From Candidatus Babeliales bacterium (lineage in GTDB: Bacteria > Babelota > Babeliae > Babelales > JANWKD01), in contig CAVRJM010000001.1 of the NCBI GenBank assembly GCA_963722075.1, positions 160,001 through 224,000 on the forward strand: a DNA stretch of 64,000 nt. Reading direction: 5' to 3'. Under the pieces are notes generated by a model that did not search any database, was not told the DNA's origin, and saw only the letters and a program-made list of their open reading frames with translations. Positions 10,342-21,772 of this stretch are shown here, piece after piece. The translations under genes were made by a program, and so were the position numbers. Position 1 is the stretch's first letter, and the number at the start of each line of letters is the position of its first letter.

Positions 10342-11646
10342 ATGGTAACGCAAGAATTAGAGAAAATGAGTCTTGCCGATTTAAATCAATATGCACGAAA
10401 ATTGGGTGTAGTAGGCGCTACCTTAATGTCAAAAGTGGTTTTAATTCAAAAAATTAAAGAACTACAAGAAAATCCTGATAAGGAATTGGAAGTAGAAGGG
10501 GTATTAGAAAAATTACCTGATGGATTTGGGTTTTTACGATCTGCTAAATTTGATTATGTATCCGGCCCTGATGATATTTATGTTTCGCCATCTCAAATAC
10601 GTCGTTTTGGTTTAAGAACGGGGGATACGGTATCAGGCGTTATCCGTAAACCTAAAGACGGGGAAAAATATTTTGCCTTATTAAAGATTGATAAAGTAAA
10701 TTTTATGGATCCATCAACGCTTGGTGATCGATTATTCTTTGATCGCTTAACACCGTTGCATCCCGATAAAAAATTTAATTTAGAATCTAATCCCACCTAT
10801 ATTTCTACTCGTTTAATGGATATTTTCTCGCCTATAGGTAAAGGACAGCGCGGATTAATTGTTGCGCCGCCAAAAGCAGGTAAAACGGTTCTCTTAAAAG
10901 AAATCGCTCAAACTATTTTAGCCAATCATCCAGAAGTATATCTCATTGTTCTTTTAGTTGATGAACGCCCTGAGGAAGTTTCTGATATGCGCCGTTCTAT
11001 AAAAGGCATGAACGCTGAAGTAATTAGTTCTACCTTTGATGAGGCAGCAGAACGTCACGTGCAAGTTGCAGAAATTGTGTTAGAGAAAGCAAAACGCTTT
11101 GTTGAAGTAGGCAAAGATGTGGTTATCGTGCTTGATGCTATTACCCGTTTAGCGCGTGCTTATAATACTATTGCACCAGCATCTGGTAAAATTTTAACCG
11201 GTGGTATTGATGCTAATGCTTTGCAGCGGCCAAAACGGTTTTTTGGTGCAGCACGTAATACTGAAGAGGGCGGATCTCTTACCATTATTGCAACCGCATT
11301 AATTGAGACTGGTTCTCGTATGGACGAAGTTATTTACGAGGAATTCAAGGGAACTGGTAATATGGAAATGCACCTGAGTCGAAAATTAGCAAACCGTCGC
11401 TTATTTCCTGCCTTTGATCTACTCATTTCTGGTACCCGTAAGGAAGATTTACTACTTTCTCCCGATGAACTTAATAAATCATGGATTCTACGTAAGTTCT
11501 TGGCTACAATGCCTACGGTAGAAGGCATGGAATTCTTAATTGATAAAATGAAAAAGCATAAAACGAACGCTGAATTTTTTGAATCAATTCATAAGAAGAA
11601 TGGAAGCAGCTCCAATGGTTCTTCAAATCCTGGCTCTGCAGCATAA
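10342..11646 (+). CDS. rho: Transcription termination factor Rho
   Basis: [48 protein letters not shown]. Confidence 0.98.
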   Translation: MVTQELEKMSLADLNQYARKLGVVGATLMSKVVLIQKIKELQENPDKELEVEGVLEKLPDGFGFLRSAKFDYVSGPDDIYVSPSQIRRFGLRTGDTVSGVIRKPKDGEKYFALLKIDKVNFMDPSTLGDRLFFDRLTPLHPDKKFNLESNPTYISTRLMDIFSPIGKGQRGLIVAPPKAGKTVLLKEIAQTILANHPEVYLIVLLVDERPEEVSDMRRSIKGMNAEVISSTFDEAAERHVQVAEIVLEKAKRFVEVGKDVVIVLDAITRLARAYNTIAPASGKILTGGIDANALQRPKRFFGAARNTEEGGSLTIIATALIETGSRMDEVIYEEFKGTGNMEMHLSRKLANRRLFPAFDLLISGTRKEDLLLSPDELNKSWILRKFLATMPTVEGMEFLIDKMKKHKTNAEFFESIHKKNGSSSNGSSNPGSAA

Positions 11647-12717
11647 ATTAATTTTTTTGGTAGCAGTAATAGGATTCTTGGCTACTGCAATGGAACCACC
11701 GCATAAGAAAATAAAAGAAACTAAATCCTTGCCAGCTTTATCAGAGCGATTGCCTACTGAAGCATCGTTACGCATTAGAGCGATTTATTGCTTAGCACAA
11801 AAATATCATGAAGAGAGTCCATATGGTGAAGGTAGTGAAGATAATACATTATCAGCTATAGCAACAAAGGTGCCCGATAATTGCTGGTGTTTACTGGAAG
11901 CGCTTTATAAAAAGAAACTACAGCCAACGCGTGCCTTAAGATTCATATGTAAGCATATTATGCCGATGAAGACATGGTGTACGATTTAATCAGTATTGGT
12001 GCAAGCCCCAATTGCTTTGTGCGGTGTGATGGGTATCGCATACCCATTTTAGTAAGTATGATTAAAATTGGCAGGTCATCAGTTGTCGAAGCATTGCTAC
12101 AATGTGGTGCTCATCCCAATAAAGTATATTACCATGATGATGCTTGTTCATATGAAAATAGAATATATAAATCAATTTCAGTATTAATGCATGCTGCGCT
12201 TTTTAAAAAGAAGAAAGAAATAGGCATACTTTTGTGTTATGGCGCAGACATAGCGCAAAGGCAGGGCGCCGGTTATACCACATTGGAATATGCTGCACCT
12301 GATAAAGAAGCGATGGAATTATTATTAGAGGCAGGTGCACCTAAAAATGATGCCGTGCTCGATTTTACTATTGAAAAAAAATACACCCAGATAACCAATT
12401 GGCTATTAATAAGCCATGATTTCAAACCAGATTTAGAAACATTGTGTCGAGCGTTAGAAAAAAATGAATCTGCTACGGTTGGGGTACTGTTAGATTTGAA
12501 AATTCCTGAAATTACTATCCATAGCAAATGGGGCACATATCCTATCGTTGCTAAGGCGATAGATAATGATTGTGTTGCAAGTCTAGAACAATTTCTTAAT
12601 CGTGGATTACCCATTAATTATCAAGTTGATCAACGAGGTACTACGTTACTACAATATGCACGACGAGAAAATGCAGTCAGAATCATGCAGTATCTTACAG
12701 AGCATGGGGCTCATTAA
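11615..12717 (+). pseudogene. Secreted ankyrin-repeat protein split by a frameshift near 11955 (ORFs 11615-11989 and 11974-12717)
   Basis: Signal ...IGFLATA-ME; joining frames gives ALRFICKH-YADEDMVYDLISIGASPN, an ankyrin-like repeat; further LLxxGA repeats downstream. Confidence 0.6.
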
Positions 12718-12737
12718 TTCTATATACTCAAAAAAGA

Positions 12738-12952
12738 TGTCGTTGCGAGCTTGCGAAGCAATCCAGGCTGAACATTTTTCAAAACTACAAGAATTAATTT
12801 ATCTATCCAAAAAACCCGAAATAAGTATGTTTATTATCTTTCCATTATTATTACCAGAATTAATTTGCGTGTAATTAATAGAGCAATTTTTATATAAACC
12901 TGGATTGCTTCTCCGCCGAAGCTCTTCGAGCGAAGGCTGGATCGCAATGACA
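12738..12952. repeat. Inverted pair of GTC-tagged REP-like repeats; right copy carries a second hairpin
   Basis: tgtcgttgcgagcttgcgaagcaatccagg ... cctggattgcttc[tccgccgaagctcttcgagcgaaggctgga]tcgcaatgaca. Confidence 0.85.
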
Positions 12953-13029
12953 TTGGTTTATAATTTTATGTAAATTGAACATCACTTTCTACAATAATCT
13001 GCCCAAGAAGAATTATTAAAATAGAGACA

Positions 13030-15045
13030 TCATGCGGCTGGATTAAGGTATTCATATGCATTATCAATAATCGAGCTTTCAATTCCTTCTTCTTTAAGAA
13101 TATCAAGTGCAATATGTTGCTCGGATATTCCTGGCTCTAATTTAAATGGATAATGAATATGACCAAGCGGGTCAATTTCTACCGATACTTTGTAATTACT
13201 AAAACTTGAATCCTCACTGAGTTGTGTTAGTTCAGCAAAATGGGTGGCGATAATACTCAAACAATTGGGCAACGTTCCTAAATAATGCGCAATGCTTAAT
13301 GCAGCAGCTTTGCTTTCGGCAACTGAGGTTCCGTTAAATAATTCATCCATAGCAAGTAAGCACCGTTGCTGTTGATTTATTTGTTGGGTAATATCACACA
13401 ATGTATGAACGCGTATCACTTGTGCCTTAAATAATGAGTTACCCGAAGCAATATCATCTTGAATATTTAAATAGGTGGCAATTGCGTCAAAAGGGGTAAT
13501 TATTGCTTTATCAGCTGCAGCGATCCCGATAGTTTGGGCAAGTACTATATTAATTATTAATCCTTTAATAAGCGCTGATTTTCCGCCGGCATTGGGACCC
13601 GTCAAAATAACATTGGGTTTATCGGTATCGCCCATAACTAAGGAATTAGGGACCACTATATTTTTATTAATTAAAATGTTCCAAAAGTTATGCAGTTCAA
13701 TAAAAGGAGTTGCTTGTGCTTTATATTCTACAAAACAGAAATGAACATGCTCATGTTCAAACTCTTTAAGGAGCGTGGCACATGAGAGGTATGCATCTAA
13801 TTGGCCTACTAATAAAAATAATTGTTGGAGTGATGCTTTAACGGTATGCATCAAACGATACGCAGCTAAAATAGTTCCTTGATGAGCAAAAAAGGTGGCA
13901 GGAGATTTAAAAGTATCGCTTTTTAATAAGGTAAATAATTTTTTTATTTTTTTGTATTTTTTTAGGGTGTCCATTTGGTTAATGAAATCAGTGGCAATAC
14001 TGCAGTGTTGCATTAAGTAGCGATTATGTTTAAGGATATCGTACATCTGTTCAAAAGAAGCAAACGCATCTGCCAGCGCCATTAACTTTTGGTGCATTAA
14101 AAGTTGGAGGGTAATATTATCAATGGTCCAATCAAAATTTTCTTTAAATGATAAGCCTGAATAACCACTAGCTAAAGTACAAAGTCCTGTTTGGGCATAT
14201 TTATTGGTACTAAAATAAGTAATGCAAGCACTTAATACCGCAGGACATACGCTTTGAAAATAAGTGCCAACTTGATGAATAGTATTTGGTAATGGTACAT
14301 CAAGTAATTGCATTAAACTATATAGTGGCAATGAAACAACGGCACCCAGTAAAAGTGCTGTGGTAGAAATACGAATTTGATGGTCCCATAATGATTTTGC
14401 TAGCAGTAAGAGTTCAGAGCTATTTAATAAATGATCAAATTTTTTTATGGCTGGTATTGAAAAATAACAGCGCTTACTTGCTTGTACAAAGCCATCTTGG
14501 CCGCCATAAAATGATAAGATAATATTTTCTTGAAGTGCAATTTTTTGTAAGCATTCATGTAGCTGCGTATATAATGATTCATTGCTCATGAAATAACGAA
14601 TGAGTGATTGCCGTTGTTGTAATTCGGTTATAGAACTAATAGGCGCGCTGAGCAACCCATATAAGTAGATTCTACCAAATTGTGTAAGGGTGCGATCAAC
14701 ACAATGTGCAGCAAACGTATCTTCCTTTTTATTACCGCACAAAAGATTAATATCTTGAGCGGTAATCATATCAAATAAAATTGCGGGCAGCTGCGTTGGG
14801 TGTTGTATTGCGGCCTTATCAAATATGGTAAAGGTAGTTTTTTGTTTTTTGAATGGTTGAAGATTTTGTTGGTATTTAAAACAGCGATTAAGATAATCGC
14901 CAAAGCATTCATTGGGCCATTCCTCATCGTCCCATGAAAGTGAGCGCATTGCGTACGGTTCTATTTTTTTATAAATAGTTTCGTGTGCTTCAGTTGATAA
15001 TAATAACCAAGTAATTAAAATAATTAGTAGATGTTTTTTTTTCAT
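13030..15045 (-). CDS. MutS-related protein (core and ATPase domains only) with signal peptide/TM segment
   Basis: TGPNAGGKS, GNSLFKAQ, MDELFNGTS, IATHF; no N-terminal mismatch-binding domain. Confidence 0.85.
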   Translation of the reverse strand: MKKKHLLIILITWLLLSTEAHETIYKKIEPYAMRSLSWDDEEWPNECFGDYLNRCFKYQQNLQPFKKQKTTFTIFDKAAIQHPTQLPAILFDMITAQDINLLCGNKKEDTFAAHCVDRTLTQFGRIYLYGLLSAPISSITELQQRQSLIRYFMSNESLYTQLHECLQKIALQENIILSFYGGQDGFVQASKRCYFSIPAIKKFDHLLNSSELLLLAKSLWDHQIRISTTALLLGAVVSLPLYSLMQLLDVPLPNTIHQVGTYFQSVCPAVLSACITYFSTNKYAQTGLCTLASGYSGLSFKENFDWTIDNITLQLLMHQKLMALADAFASFEQMYDILKHNRYLMQHCSIATDFINQMDTLKKYKKIKKLFTLLKSDTFKSPATFFAHQGTILAAYRLMHTVKASLQQLFLLVGQLDAYLSCATLLKEFEHEHVHFCFVEYKAQATPFIELHNFWNILINKNIVVPNSLVMGDTDKPNVILTGPNAGGKSALIKGLIINIVLAQTIGIAAADKAIITPFDAIATYLNIQDDIASGNSLFKAQVIRVHTLCDITQQINQQQRCLLAMDELFNGTSVAESKAAALSIAHYLGTLPNCLSIIATHFAELTQLSEDSSFSNYKVSVEIDPLGHIHYPFKLEPGISEQHIALDILKEEGIESSIIDNAYEYLNPAA

Positions 15046-15115
15046 AACTGCCTTTTTTGATAAATGAATTGAGTAATAATGGCAGTTTGAAGAATAATTA
15101 TTGTATCTATATTTG

Positions 15116-16096
15116 TCAAATTAATAACGGGTATTCTTTAAACCCAATTAAACGACATTCAGGCTGCGGTAAAATACCAAATTGTTCATAAACGCGTTGT
15201 TGCATAGTGCGCGCAAGAGAAATAATATCAGCGCTAGTTGCATTGCCTTTATTAACGATCATATTAGCATGCTGATACGAAACAATGGCATCTCCATAGG
15301 TAAGTACTCCTTTTACCCCAATTTTATCTAAATAATAAGCAACATAAATAAGCTTTTTGCCGTTGCTCATGAGGCTTACTTCATGCTCATAGAAGTTTCT
15401 AAAAAAGCTACCGCAGGTTCCGCTGGTAGGATAACGTGATGCACGATGGCGAATAATTTCTACGGATCGTCCGCGTGCAAATGCTGCTTCTAGTTGGGTG
15501 ATTTTTTTTACTTTAAAGGTAGCGCTTACTAAATAATACTGATCTGATTGTAAGGTAGAATCATTATAGCCAAAATTAAACCACCCATTATCGACATGTT
15601 TAATAATTCCAGTTTCTTTTTCTATAACTTCCGCGCTTACCAAAAAATGGGAAAGTAGGAATTGAAAATAATGCAAATTAATAAAAACGGAACCGCCTAC
15701 GGTGCCGGGAATACCGCTAAATTCTTCCAGCCCACTCAGATTATTATCAAGGCAGGTATTAATAAGGTCAGCAATAGTAATGCCCGCGCCAGCTTTTACT
15801 AAAAGATAATCTTTGTCACCATCAAAAAATTCAACATTTTTTAAGTGAGGACGAATTACCAACCCATTGAAGCCCTGATCGCTTATTAAGATGTTGGCGC
15901 CTTGCCCCAGGAGAAAAATAGGCAGATTGTATTGTTGGCCAAAAGAAAGTGCACTTTGGAATTCATGAATATGTGTTGGTTCACTAAAAAAAGCAGCAGT
16001 GCCGCCCGTACTAAACCAATTTTTATCGTGCAATGGCACGTTAATCTGAATGTTTGAAGGAAGTAAAGATGGTTCTATAAGTTCAAGATTATTCAT
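15116..16096 (-). CDS. murB: UDP-N-acetylmuramate dehydrogenase
   Basis: LGQGANILISD, GLEEFSGIPGTVGG, CGSFFRN, HANMIVN. Confidence 0.93.
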   Translation of the reverse strand: MNNLELIEPSLLPSNIQINVPLHDKNWFSTGGTAAFFSEPTHIHEFQSALSFGQQYNLPIFLLGQGANILISDQGFNGLVIRPHLKNVEFFDGDKDYLLVKAGAGITIADLINTCLDNNLSGLEEFSGIPGTVGGSVFINLHYFQFLLSHFLVSAEVIEKETGIIKHVDNGWFNFGYNDSTLQSDQYYLVSATFKVKKITQLEAAFARGRSVEIIRHRASRYPTSGTCGSFFRNFYEHEVSLMSNGKKLIYVAYYLDKIGVKGVLTYGDAIVSYQHANMIVNKGNATSADIISLARTMQQRVYEQFGILPQPECRLIGFKEYPLLI

Positions 16097-17018
16097 TGGT
16101 TTGTAGTTGAATGGAACAAACTTTTTTTGGTATGGTTCGAATTACTACTTTTTTTTGTTCAACTAAGATGGAACATTCTTTGCTACAGGTATTGCCAAAA
16201 CGTGCGATGCAGCCAGGACAGGCGATAAATTGGTTATTGCATTCAGCATTTATGCAGTTAGTATAATCATCATACATAATGCCGCATAGTTCGCAATTAG
16301 TCAGAATATCATCAGTAACCTTAACAGCAATGCGCCCATCAAAAACATAGTTTTTGCCTTTAAAATAACCATCGGGGAACTGCTCTGCGTAGCGATGAAT
16401 ACCCCCTTCAAGCTGATAAACTTTGCTAGCAACATTTTTTGATTTTAAGTAACTTGATGCGCGTTCGCATCTAATGCCACCGGTGCAATACATAAGCACT
16501 TCTTTATCTTTAAAAAGTTCTTGATTAGCATCAATGTAGTCAGGTAACTCCCGAAAATGATCAATATTTGGGGTGATTGCCTGCTTGAAAGCGCCAATAC
16601 GTGATTCATAGTTATTGCGTGCGTCTAAAATGATTAAGTTATCAGGTGGTTCAGTCAGGAGCTCATGTACCTGCTCAGGAGTTAGGTGAATTCCGCCATT
16701 TTTAGCGGTAATTTCTTGTGTATCAAGCCCTAGATGAGTAATTTCATTTTTAACGACAATGCGTAAGCGGGGAAAGTAATCGGCAGCGCCGTCACTTTCT
16801 TTAAAATCAATATGTAAAAATAACGGATGCTCATTCATAAGCTGTTTATAGCTTGCAATTGAATCATTAGTTCCACCTAAGGTGCCATTAATTCCTTCAT
16901 GAGCAATGATAACGCGTCCTTTAAGATGAAGCTCTTTACCTATTTTTTCTTGCCATTTTCTGATTTGCTCAGGATAGGTAATATCGACGTATTTATAAAA
17001 TAATATAATTTTACCCAT
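16089..17018 (-). CDS. trhO: Rhodanese-domain tRNA uridine(34) hydroxylase (UPF0176)
   Basis: EGINGT, DARNNYE, MYCTGGIRCE, YQLEGGI, NYVFDGR. Confidence 0.9.
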   Translation of the reverse strand: MGKIILFYKYVDITYPEQIRKWQEKIGKELHLKGRVIIAHEGINGTLGGTNDSIASYKQLMNEHPLFLHIDFKESDGAADYFPRLRIVVKNEITHLGLDTQEITAKNGGIHLTPEQVHELLTEPPDNLIILDARNNYESRIGAFKQAITPNIDHFRELPDYIDANQELFKDKEVLMYCTGGIRCERASSYLKSKNVASKVYQLEGGIHRYAEQFPDGYFKGKNYVFDGRIAVKVTDDILTNCELCGIMYDDYTNCINAECNNQFIACPGCIARFGNTCSKECSILVEQKKVVIRTIPKKVCSIQLQTNE

Positions 17019-17333
17019 AGTTTGTTATTTATAGTGGTTAAAGTGATGAAGCGGGAATCATTTTTTCTTAAAAGTATCAAAAAACTCTCAATTTGTCGAA
17101 TAAGGCAGGTATATTACTAGCAGGCAAATATATAAAAATTAATGTATAAGGCCATGTTGACTAAGATTTAGTTTACGTAGACGGATGGCCATCCATTAAT
17201 AAAATTATTCATACAACTATTCTAAATTATATGTTTCAGGTGCATTTGTCGGGTATTTCGGAGGTCTAAGTTGACAGGAATTGTTTATTTTTTCACAATA
17301 AATCTATAATAAAGTGTTTTTTAAAAGGAAAAA

Positions 17334-17762
17334 ATGAAAAAAATTGCACTTCTAGGTATGCTCTTACTAGTATCTTCAGCTATACAAGCCGAAAATACTA
17401 CCGACTCAGCTATCCCTACACAAGAAATAACCAGTGATACTATTGATATGAATGGTTTTGTAGACCCTCTTATCGAGGGGTTATTAGCAGAAGAAGCAGA
17501 ACTATTTCTATTTACGGTAATGCGAATAAATCGCTTGGTGTTGCAGAAACAAATTAATGATAATGCGCAGCAACACAATCAGCAATTAGAAGAATTAGCA
17601 ATTCAAAATAAAGCGTTACAAGAAAGAGTGGCAGAATTAGAAGAAAAGGACGAGCAGAAAACAATAGTGATTGTTCAGATGAAATCGCAATTAAATTACT
17701 TGGGTACCAAGCTTGCGCAGTTTGAATATAAAAAAAATAGTGAAGGCATTATTGGTGGTTAA
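17334..17762 (+). CDS. Hypothetical secreted coiled-coil protein
   Basis: Signal peptide, Q/E-rich heptads, upstream TTGACA at 17271. Confidence 0.65.
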   Translation: MKKIALLGMLLLVSSAIQAENTTDSAIPTQEITSDTIDMNGFVDPLIEGLLAEEAELFLFTVMRINRLVLQKQINDNAQQHNQQLEELAIQNKALQERVAELEEKDEQKTIVIVQMKSQLNYLGTKLAQFEYKKNSEGIIGG

Positions 17763-17791
17763 GCGCCCTTTATAAAGGATATGGTTATTCA

Positions 17792-20128
17792 ATGAAATTA
17801 TCGCTCCGTTGGATTTTTGATCATTTAGCAACATCCTGGAAAGATCATTCTATTCCAGATCTCATTGCTCGTATTAATAATACCGTTGCAGAAGTAGAAT
17901 TATTTGAATTTTATGCGCTTGATTTTTCTCTATTCACCTTTATAAAGGTGACTGATATAGCGCCAGATAGCATTATTGGGTTTAGTGATGAATATAAGTT
18001 ATCTATAGCCCTTACTCCACGAGATGATATTCAAATGCACGAATGGTATTTAATAAAAAGGAGTAAGGAAAAATGGGTATGGGCGAGCGCAACAGATTTT
18101 AAAGCACAAAAAGAAGGATTGTTGCCAGCATTTACCATTCGGTTAGATGACATAGCAGGTCAATGGAAAAAAACAATCGAGCATGAAGATTATATTCTTA
18201 CGATCGCAAATACTTCTCTTACGCATCGGCCAGATTTATGGTCACATCGCGGGTTTGCACGTGAAATTGCCGTGATTTTGGGATGCGCATTACGCGATGA
18301 AAAGCATTTTTTAACCGATTATGTAATTAACGAAGAAAAAGGGCCTGAGCATACTACAAAAGCCGACCAGGTTGCCTTTGGTGTCTTAACTGCTCATGTT
18401 AAACGATTGGCAGGATTATATATTTCACGTATTCAAAATCAACCGTGTGTATTTGATATTGCCTATCGCTTGCTGCGGGTGGATGGCAAGCCTATTAATG
18501 CAATTGTTGATCTTACCAATTATGTTATGTACGATATCGGCCAGCCAATGCATGCCTTTGATGCAACAAAATTGGCGGCAAAAAAAATTATAGCTACGCA
18601 GGTAGCACAGGAACAACCATTGGTGTTATTAGATGGCCAAGAAATTATAATTTCTGAACATGATCTTGTTATTAGTGATGGCAAAAAAGCCGTAGCGCTA
18701 GCGGGCATTATGGGAGGAAAATCAAGTGCCATTGAGCGTACTACTAATTCCATAATAATAGAAGCAGCTACCTTTGATGCGGCAACGATTCGCAGAAGTT
18801 CGATGCATTTTAAAATACGTACTGAAGCATCAACTCGTTTTGAAAAATCGTTGGATGTTCATCAATTACCTAAAGCATTGTTACGATTTTTACATCTACT
18901 GGAAAAAAATAATATTTCATTTGAAGCTCAAGATCCTATTACGTGCATAGGGAATGTCGGTAAAGTAATCACTATCAATATTGAGCATGCATTTATTGAA
19001 AAAAAAATTGGTGCAGTTATTGAACAGCAGTTTGTGGTAAAAACATTAGAATCCTTGGGATTTAATGTAGAAATAATTCAAAAACCGCATCTGCATTATT
19101 TGGTTACGGTGCCACATTGGCGCGCTAAAGATGTAACGATTGCTGAAGACTTGGTAGAAGAAGTAGTACGTTTTTATGGGTATAATAATATTGTGTATCA
19201 ATTGCCGCAATTGCCAACTAAACCGATGCCGTATTTGCAGACGCAACGGCGCTATACTATTAAGCAGCTTCTTGCATTCCATGGATTAATGCGTGAAGTG
19301 TATAATTATGCGTTATATGATGATGAATTTCTTAACGTAATTTCTTGGCAACCACTATACGCATTATCATTACAAAATCCAATTTCTGAGCACATGACAC
19401 GGTTGGTTACCAGCTTAATACCGCACCTATTCAAAACTGTGTACCAAAATAAAAATTATCAAGATACATTACCGTTTTTTGAGTGTAATAAAATATGGCC
19501 AGCTACCATGCAATCGGGCACATTATCCTTTGGAGAGCAACAAAGCATAGCCGGCGTTTTTTATGATGAAAAAAAGCCAGTAGATTTTTATCAAAAAAAA
19601 CAAATTCTTACTGATATATTTGCAAGTTTAGGAATTTCTATACAATGGGCCAAAACCGATGCGGTGCTGCCACTATGGTACCATCCCTATAAAACGGCAA
19701 CACTTATGCATGACCAAACCGTTATTGGATGGGCTGGCTCGGTTAATCCTGGCTTTTTATCACGCTTTTTACCGGGTGATGCATTTATTTTTGAATTAAA
19801 TGCTGATCAATTAGTAGCAATACCGCCTAAACTGGTTACCATGGCGCCACTTGCAAAATACCAAGATACCTGGCGCGATATTAGTATGTTCATACCCGCG
19901 GTACTATCATTTGATCAGGTTGTACGTACCATAAAAGCTGTTTCGCCACTGATTTTTGATGTTGCATTGATAGACTTTTTTCAAAAGCCTGAATGGCTGG
20001 ATAAACGTGCAATGACGGTACGCTTTTTTGCGCGAGATCCTCATAAAACCTTAACAACAGAAGAAATTGATCAATTGTATCATCAGATTGTGCAAAGCCT
20101 GACACCGTATCAGGTGGAAATAAGATGA
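17792..20128 (+). CDS. pheT: Phenylalanine-tRNA ligase beta subunit
   Basis: HRPDLWSHRGFAREI, GQPMHAFD, ALAGIMGG, EDLVEEVVRFYGY, C-terminal FDX-ACB domain. Confidence 0.95.
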   Translation: MKLSLRWIFDHLATSWKDHSIPDLIARINNTVAEVELFEFYALDFSLFTFIKVTDIAPDSIIGFSDEYKLSIALTPRDDIQMHEWYLIKRSKEKWVWASATDFKAQKEGLLPAFTIRLDDIAGQWKKTIEHEDYILTIANTSLTHRPDLWSHRGFAREIAVILGCALRDEKHFLTDYVINEEKGPEHTTKADQVAFGVLTAHVKRLAGLYISRIQNQPCVFDIAYRLLRVDGKPINAIVDLTNYVMYDIGQPMHAFDATKLAAKKIIATQVAQEQPLVLLDGQEIIISEHDLVISDGKKAVALAGIMGGKSSAIERTTNSIIIEAATFDAATIRRSSMHFKIRTEASTRFEKSLDVHQLPKALLRFLHLLEKNNISFEAQDPITCIGNVGKVITINIEHAFIEKKIGAVIEQQFVVKTLESLGFNVEIIQKPHLHYLVTVPHWRAKDVTIAEDLVEEVVRFYGYNNIVYQLPQLPTKPMPYLQTQRRYTIKQLLAFHGLMREVYNYALYDDEFLNVISWQPLYALSLQNPISEHMTRLVTSLIPHLFKTVYQNKNYQDTLPFFECNKIWPATMQSGTLSFGEQQSIAGVFYDEKKPVDFYQKKQILTDIFASLGISIQWAKTDAVLPLWYHPYKTATLMHDQTVIGWAGSVNPGFLSRFLPGDAFIFELNADQLVAIPPKLVTMAPLAKYQDTWRDISMFIPAVLSFDQVVRTIKAVSPLIFDVALIDFFQKPEWLDKRAMTVRFFARDPHKTLTTEEIDQLYHQIVQSLTPYQVEIR

Positions 20129-20583
20129 AAAAGAGTACCGGTCTCCTACTATATGGATTTGTTTTTATGGCAATTCTATGTATTGATCGAGTAACTAAAC
20201 TATTTGCACAAATGGTTGGTGATTGGGTGGTTATTCCCCATTTTTTGAGGATGTACCTCGTATATAATCGCGGCGTTTCTTGGAGTTTTTTTCATTCAGA
20301 TAATAATACGGTATTTATGTGGTTAACGTTTGTTATCGTGTTGTTTATTGTCATTTTTTTTGCTTACACGATCCATCGTTGGCAAAATCAGGCACTGATC
20401 CTGGGTGAAGTAATGGTTCTTGCTGGCGCATTATCTAATGTAGTTGATCGCTTCCTGTATGGAGGCGTTATAGATTTTATACTCATGTCATATTATTCCT
20501 GGTCCTGGCCCATTTTTAATGCGGCGGATGTTTTTATTGTAATGGGATTAATAATAATGGTTGTAAGTGAGCTATTTATTTAA
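20125..20583 (+). CDS. lspA: Lipoprotein signal peptidase II
   Basis: NRGVSWS, GALSNVVDR, VIDF, PIFNAAD. Confidence 0.93.
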   Translation: MKKSTGLLLYGFVFMAILCIDRVTKLFAQMVGDWVVIPHFLRMYLVYNRGVSWSFFHSDNNTVFMWLTFVIVLFIVIFFAYTIHRWQNQALILGEVMVLAGALSNVVDRFLYGGVIDFILMSYYSWSWPIFNAADVFIVMGLIIMVVSELFI

Positions 20584-21020
20584 TGAAACGATTATTACTA
20601 TATTATGCAACATTAGGACCCATTGGTTATCAACGAGCGTCTGGAACGGTTGCTAGTTTATGTACTATGGTATGCTTATTTTGTATACCAGCGATAGGAA
20701 CGGGTTGGTATTTACTCATTTGTAGCATGCTATATCTTATTTCACATGTTATTATAAAAAATGTATTGAAGCATTTTCAAAACGAAGACCCCTCTGAGAT
20801 TGTCATTGATGAGCTGGTAGGATCCTTGGTTACTTTTTATGGTGTTTCCTTCTCTGCATCATCATTAATTTTGGGGTTTTTGTTATTTCGTTTTTTTGAT
20901 ATATCAAAAGTATGGCCCATAAATATGGTAGAAAAATTTGGCGGGCCGACTGGTATTATGCTTGATGATATTATTGCCGGAATATTCAGTAATCTTATTT
21001 TAAAAATTCTTTTTATATGA
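20583..21020 (+). CDS. pgpA: Phosphatidylglycerophosphatase A
   Basis: SGTVAS, DPSEIVIDE, LFRFFDISK, GIMLDDIIAG. Confidence 0.92.
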   Translation: MKRLLLYYATLGPIGYQRASGTVASLCTMVCLFCIPAIGTGWYLLICSMLYLISHVIIKNVLKHFQNEDPSEIVIDELVGSLVTFYGVSFSASSLILGFLLFRFFDISKVWPINMVEKFGGPTGIMLDDIIAGIFSNLILKILFI

Positions 21021-21679
21021 ATAAGCAGCACGTGATCGTAAGATCTCTTTTAAATATGGTGGTACCCCGTTTTTGCAATAATTGTGGTTGTTGGCTGACT
21101 GAACGTACTATTTTGTGTGCACCATGCACGGATGTTATAAATCCCGTTGTATCCAAAGAACTATTCATCACCTCGACCGCTTCCATGCACGTATATGCCG
21201 TATCTGATTATGCGTATCCGTTAAAATCGTTAATTTTAGCCAAATCCCATGGTAATCGAGTTGCCAGTATGCATTTAGGTCATCTGCTCTGGCAGATGAG
21301 CACAATTAGCACAATGGATTTTGATATTATAGTCCCCATTCCGCTTCATTGGACTCGGTATGCGTACCGGGGGTACAATCAAGCTGAAGTATTAGCACAA
21401 GTGCTTGCCCGCTATAGCAAAAAGCCGGTAGTTAATTTACTCAAGCGAACCAAGCGCACCATATTTCAATCAAAGCTACCGTTGAAGCAACGCGCTGAAA
21501 ATGTAAAAAATGTATTTAAAATGGTATCAGTGACCGATCACCATGATTATTATGGAAAGAAGATTCTATTGGTTGATGATTTGATGACCACTGGATCAAC
21601 CTTTAAATACGCAGCGCGAGAACTATTAGCATTAAAACCAGCATCAATTGCAGGGGTGGTTGCCTGTAGAGTTGTATAG
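21017..21679 (+). CDS. comF: ComF-family phosphoribosyltransferase-like protein
   Basis: CxxC...CxxC, VPIPLH, RGYNQA, LLVDDLMTTGST. Confidence 0.9.
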   Translation: MNKQHVIVRSLLNMVVPRFCNNCGCWLTERTILCAPCTDVINPVVSKELFITSTASMHVYAVSDYAYPLKSLILAKSHGNRVASMHLGHLLWQMSTISTMDFDIIVPIPLHWTRYAYRGYNQAEVLAQVLARYSKKPVVNLLKRTKRTIFQSKLPLKQRAENVKNVFKMVSVTDHHDYYGKKILLVDDLMTTGSTFKYAARELLALKPASIAGVVACRVV

Positions 21680-21772
21680 GTTGTTTTTGCAACATTTGGG
21701 TTTCTATGGTAGGATTTTTAAAAGGAAAAATATATGTATAAAATACTTATTAAACCAAAAAGGGAATACCCA

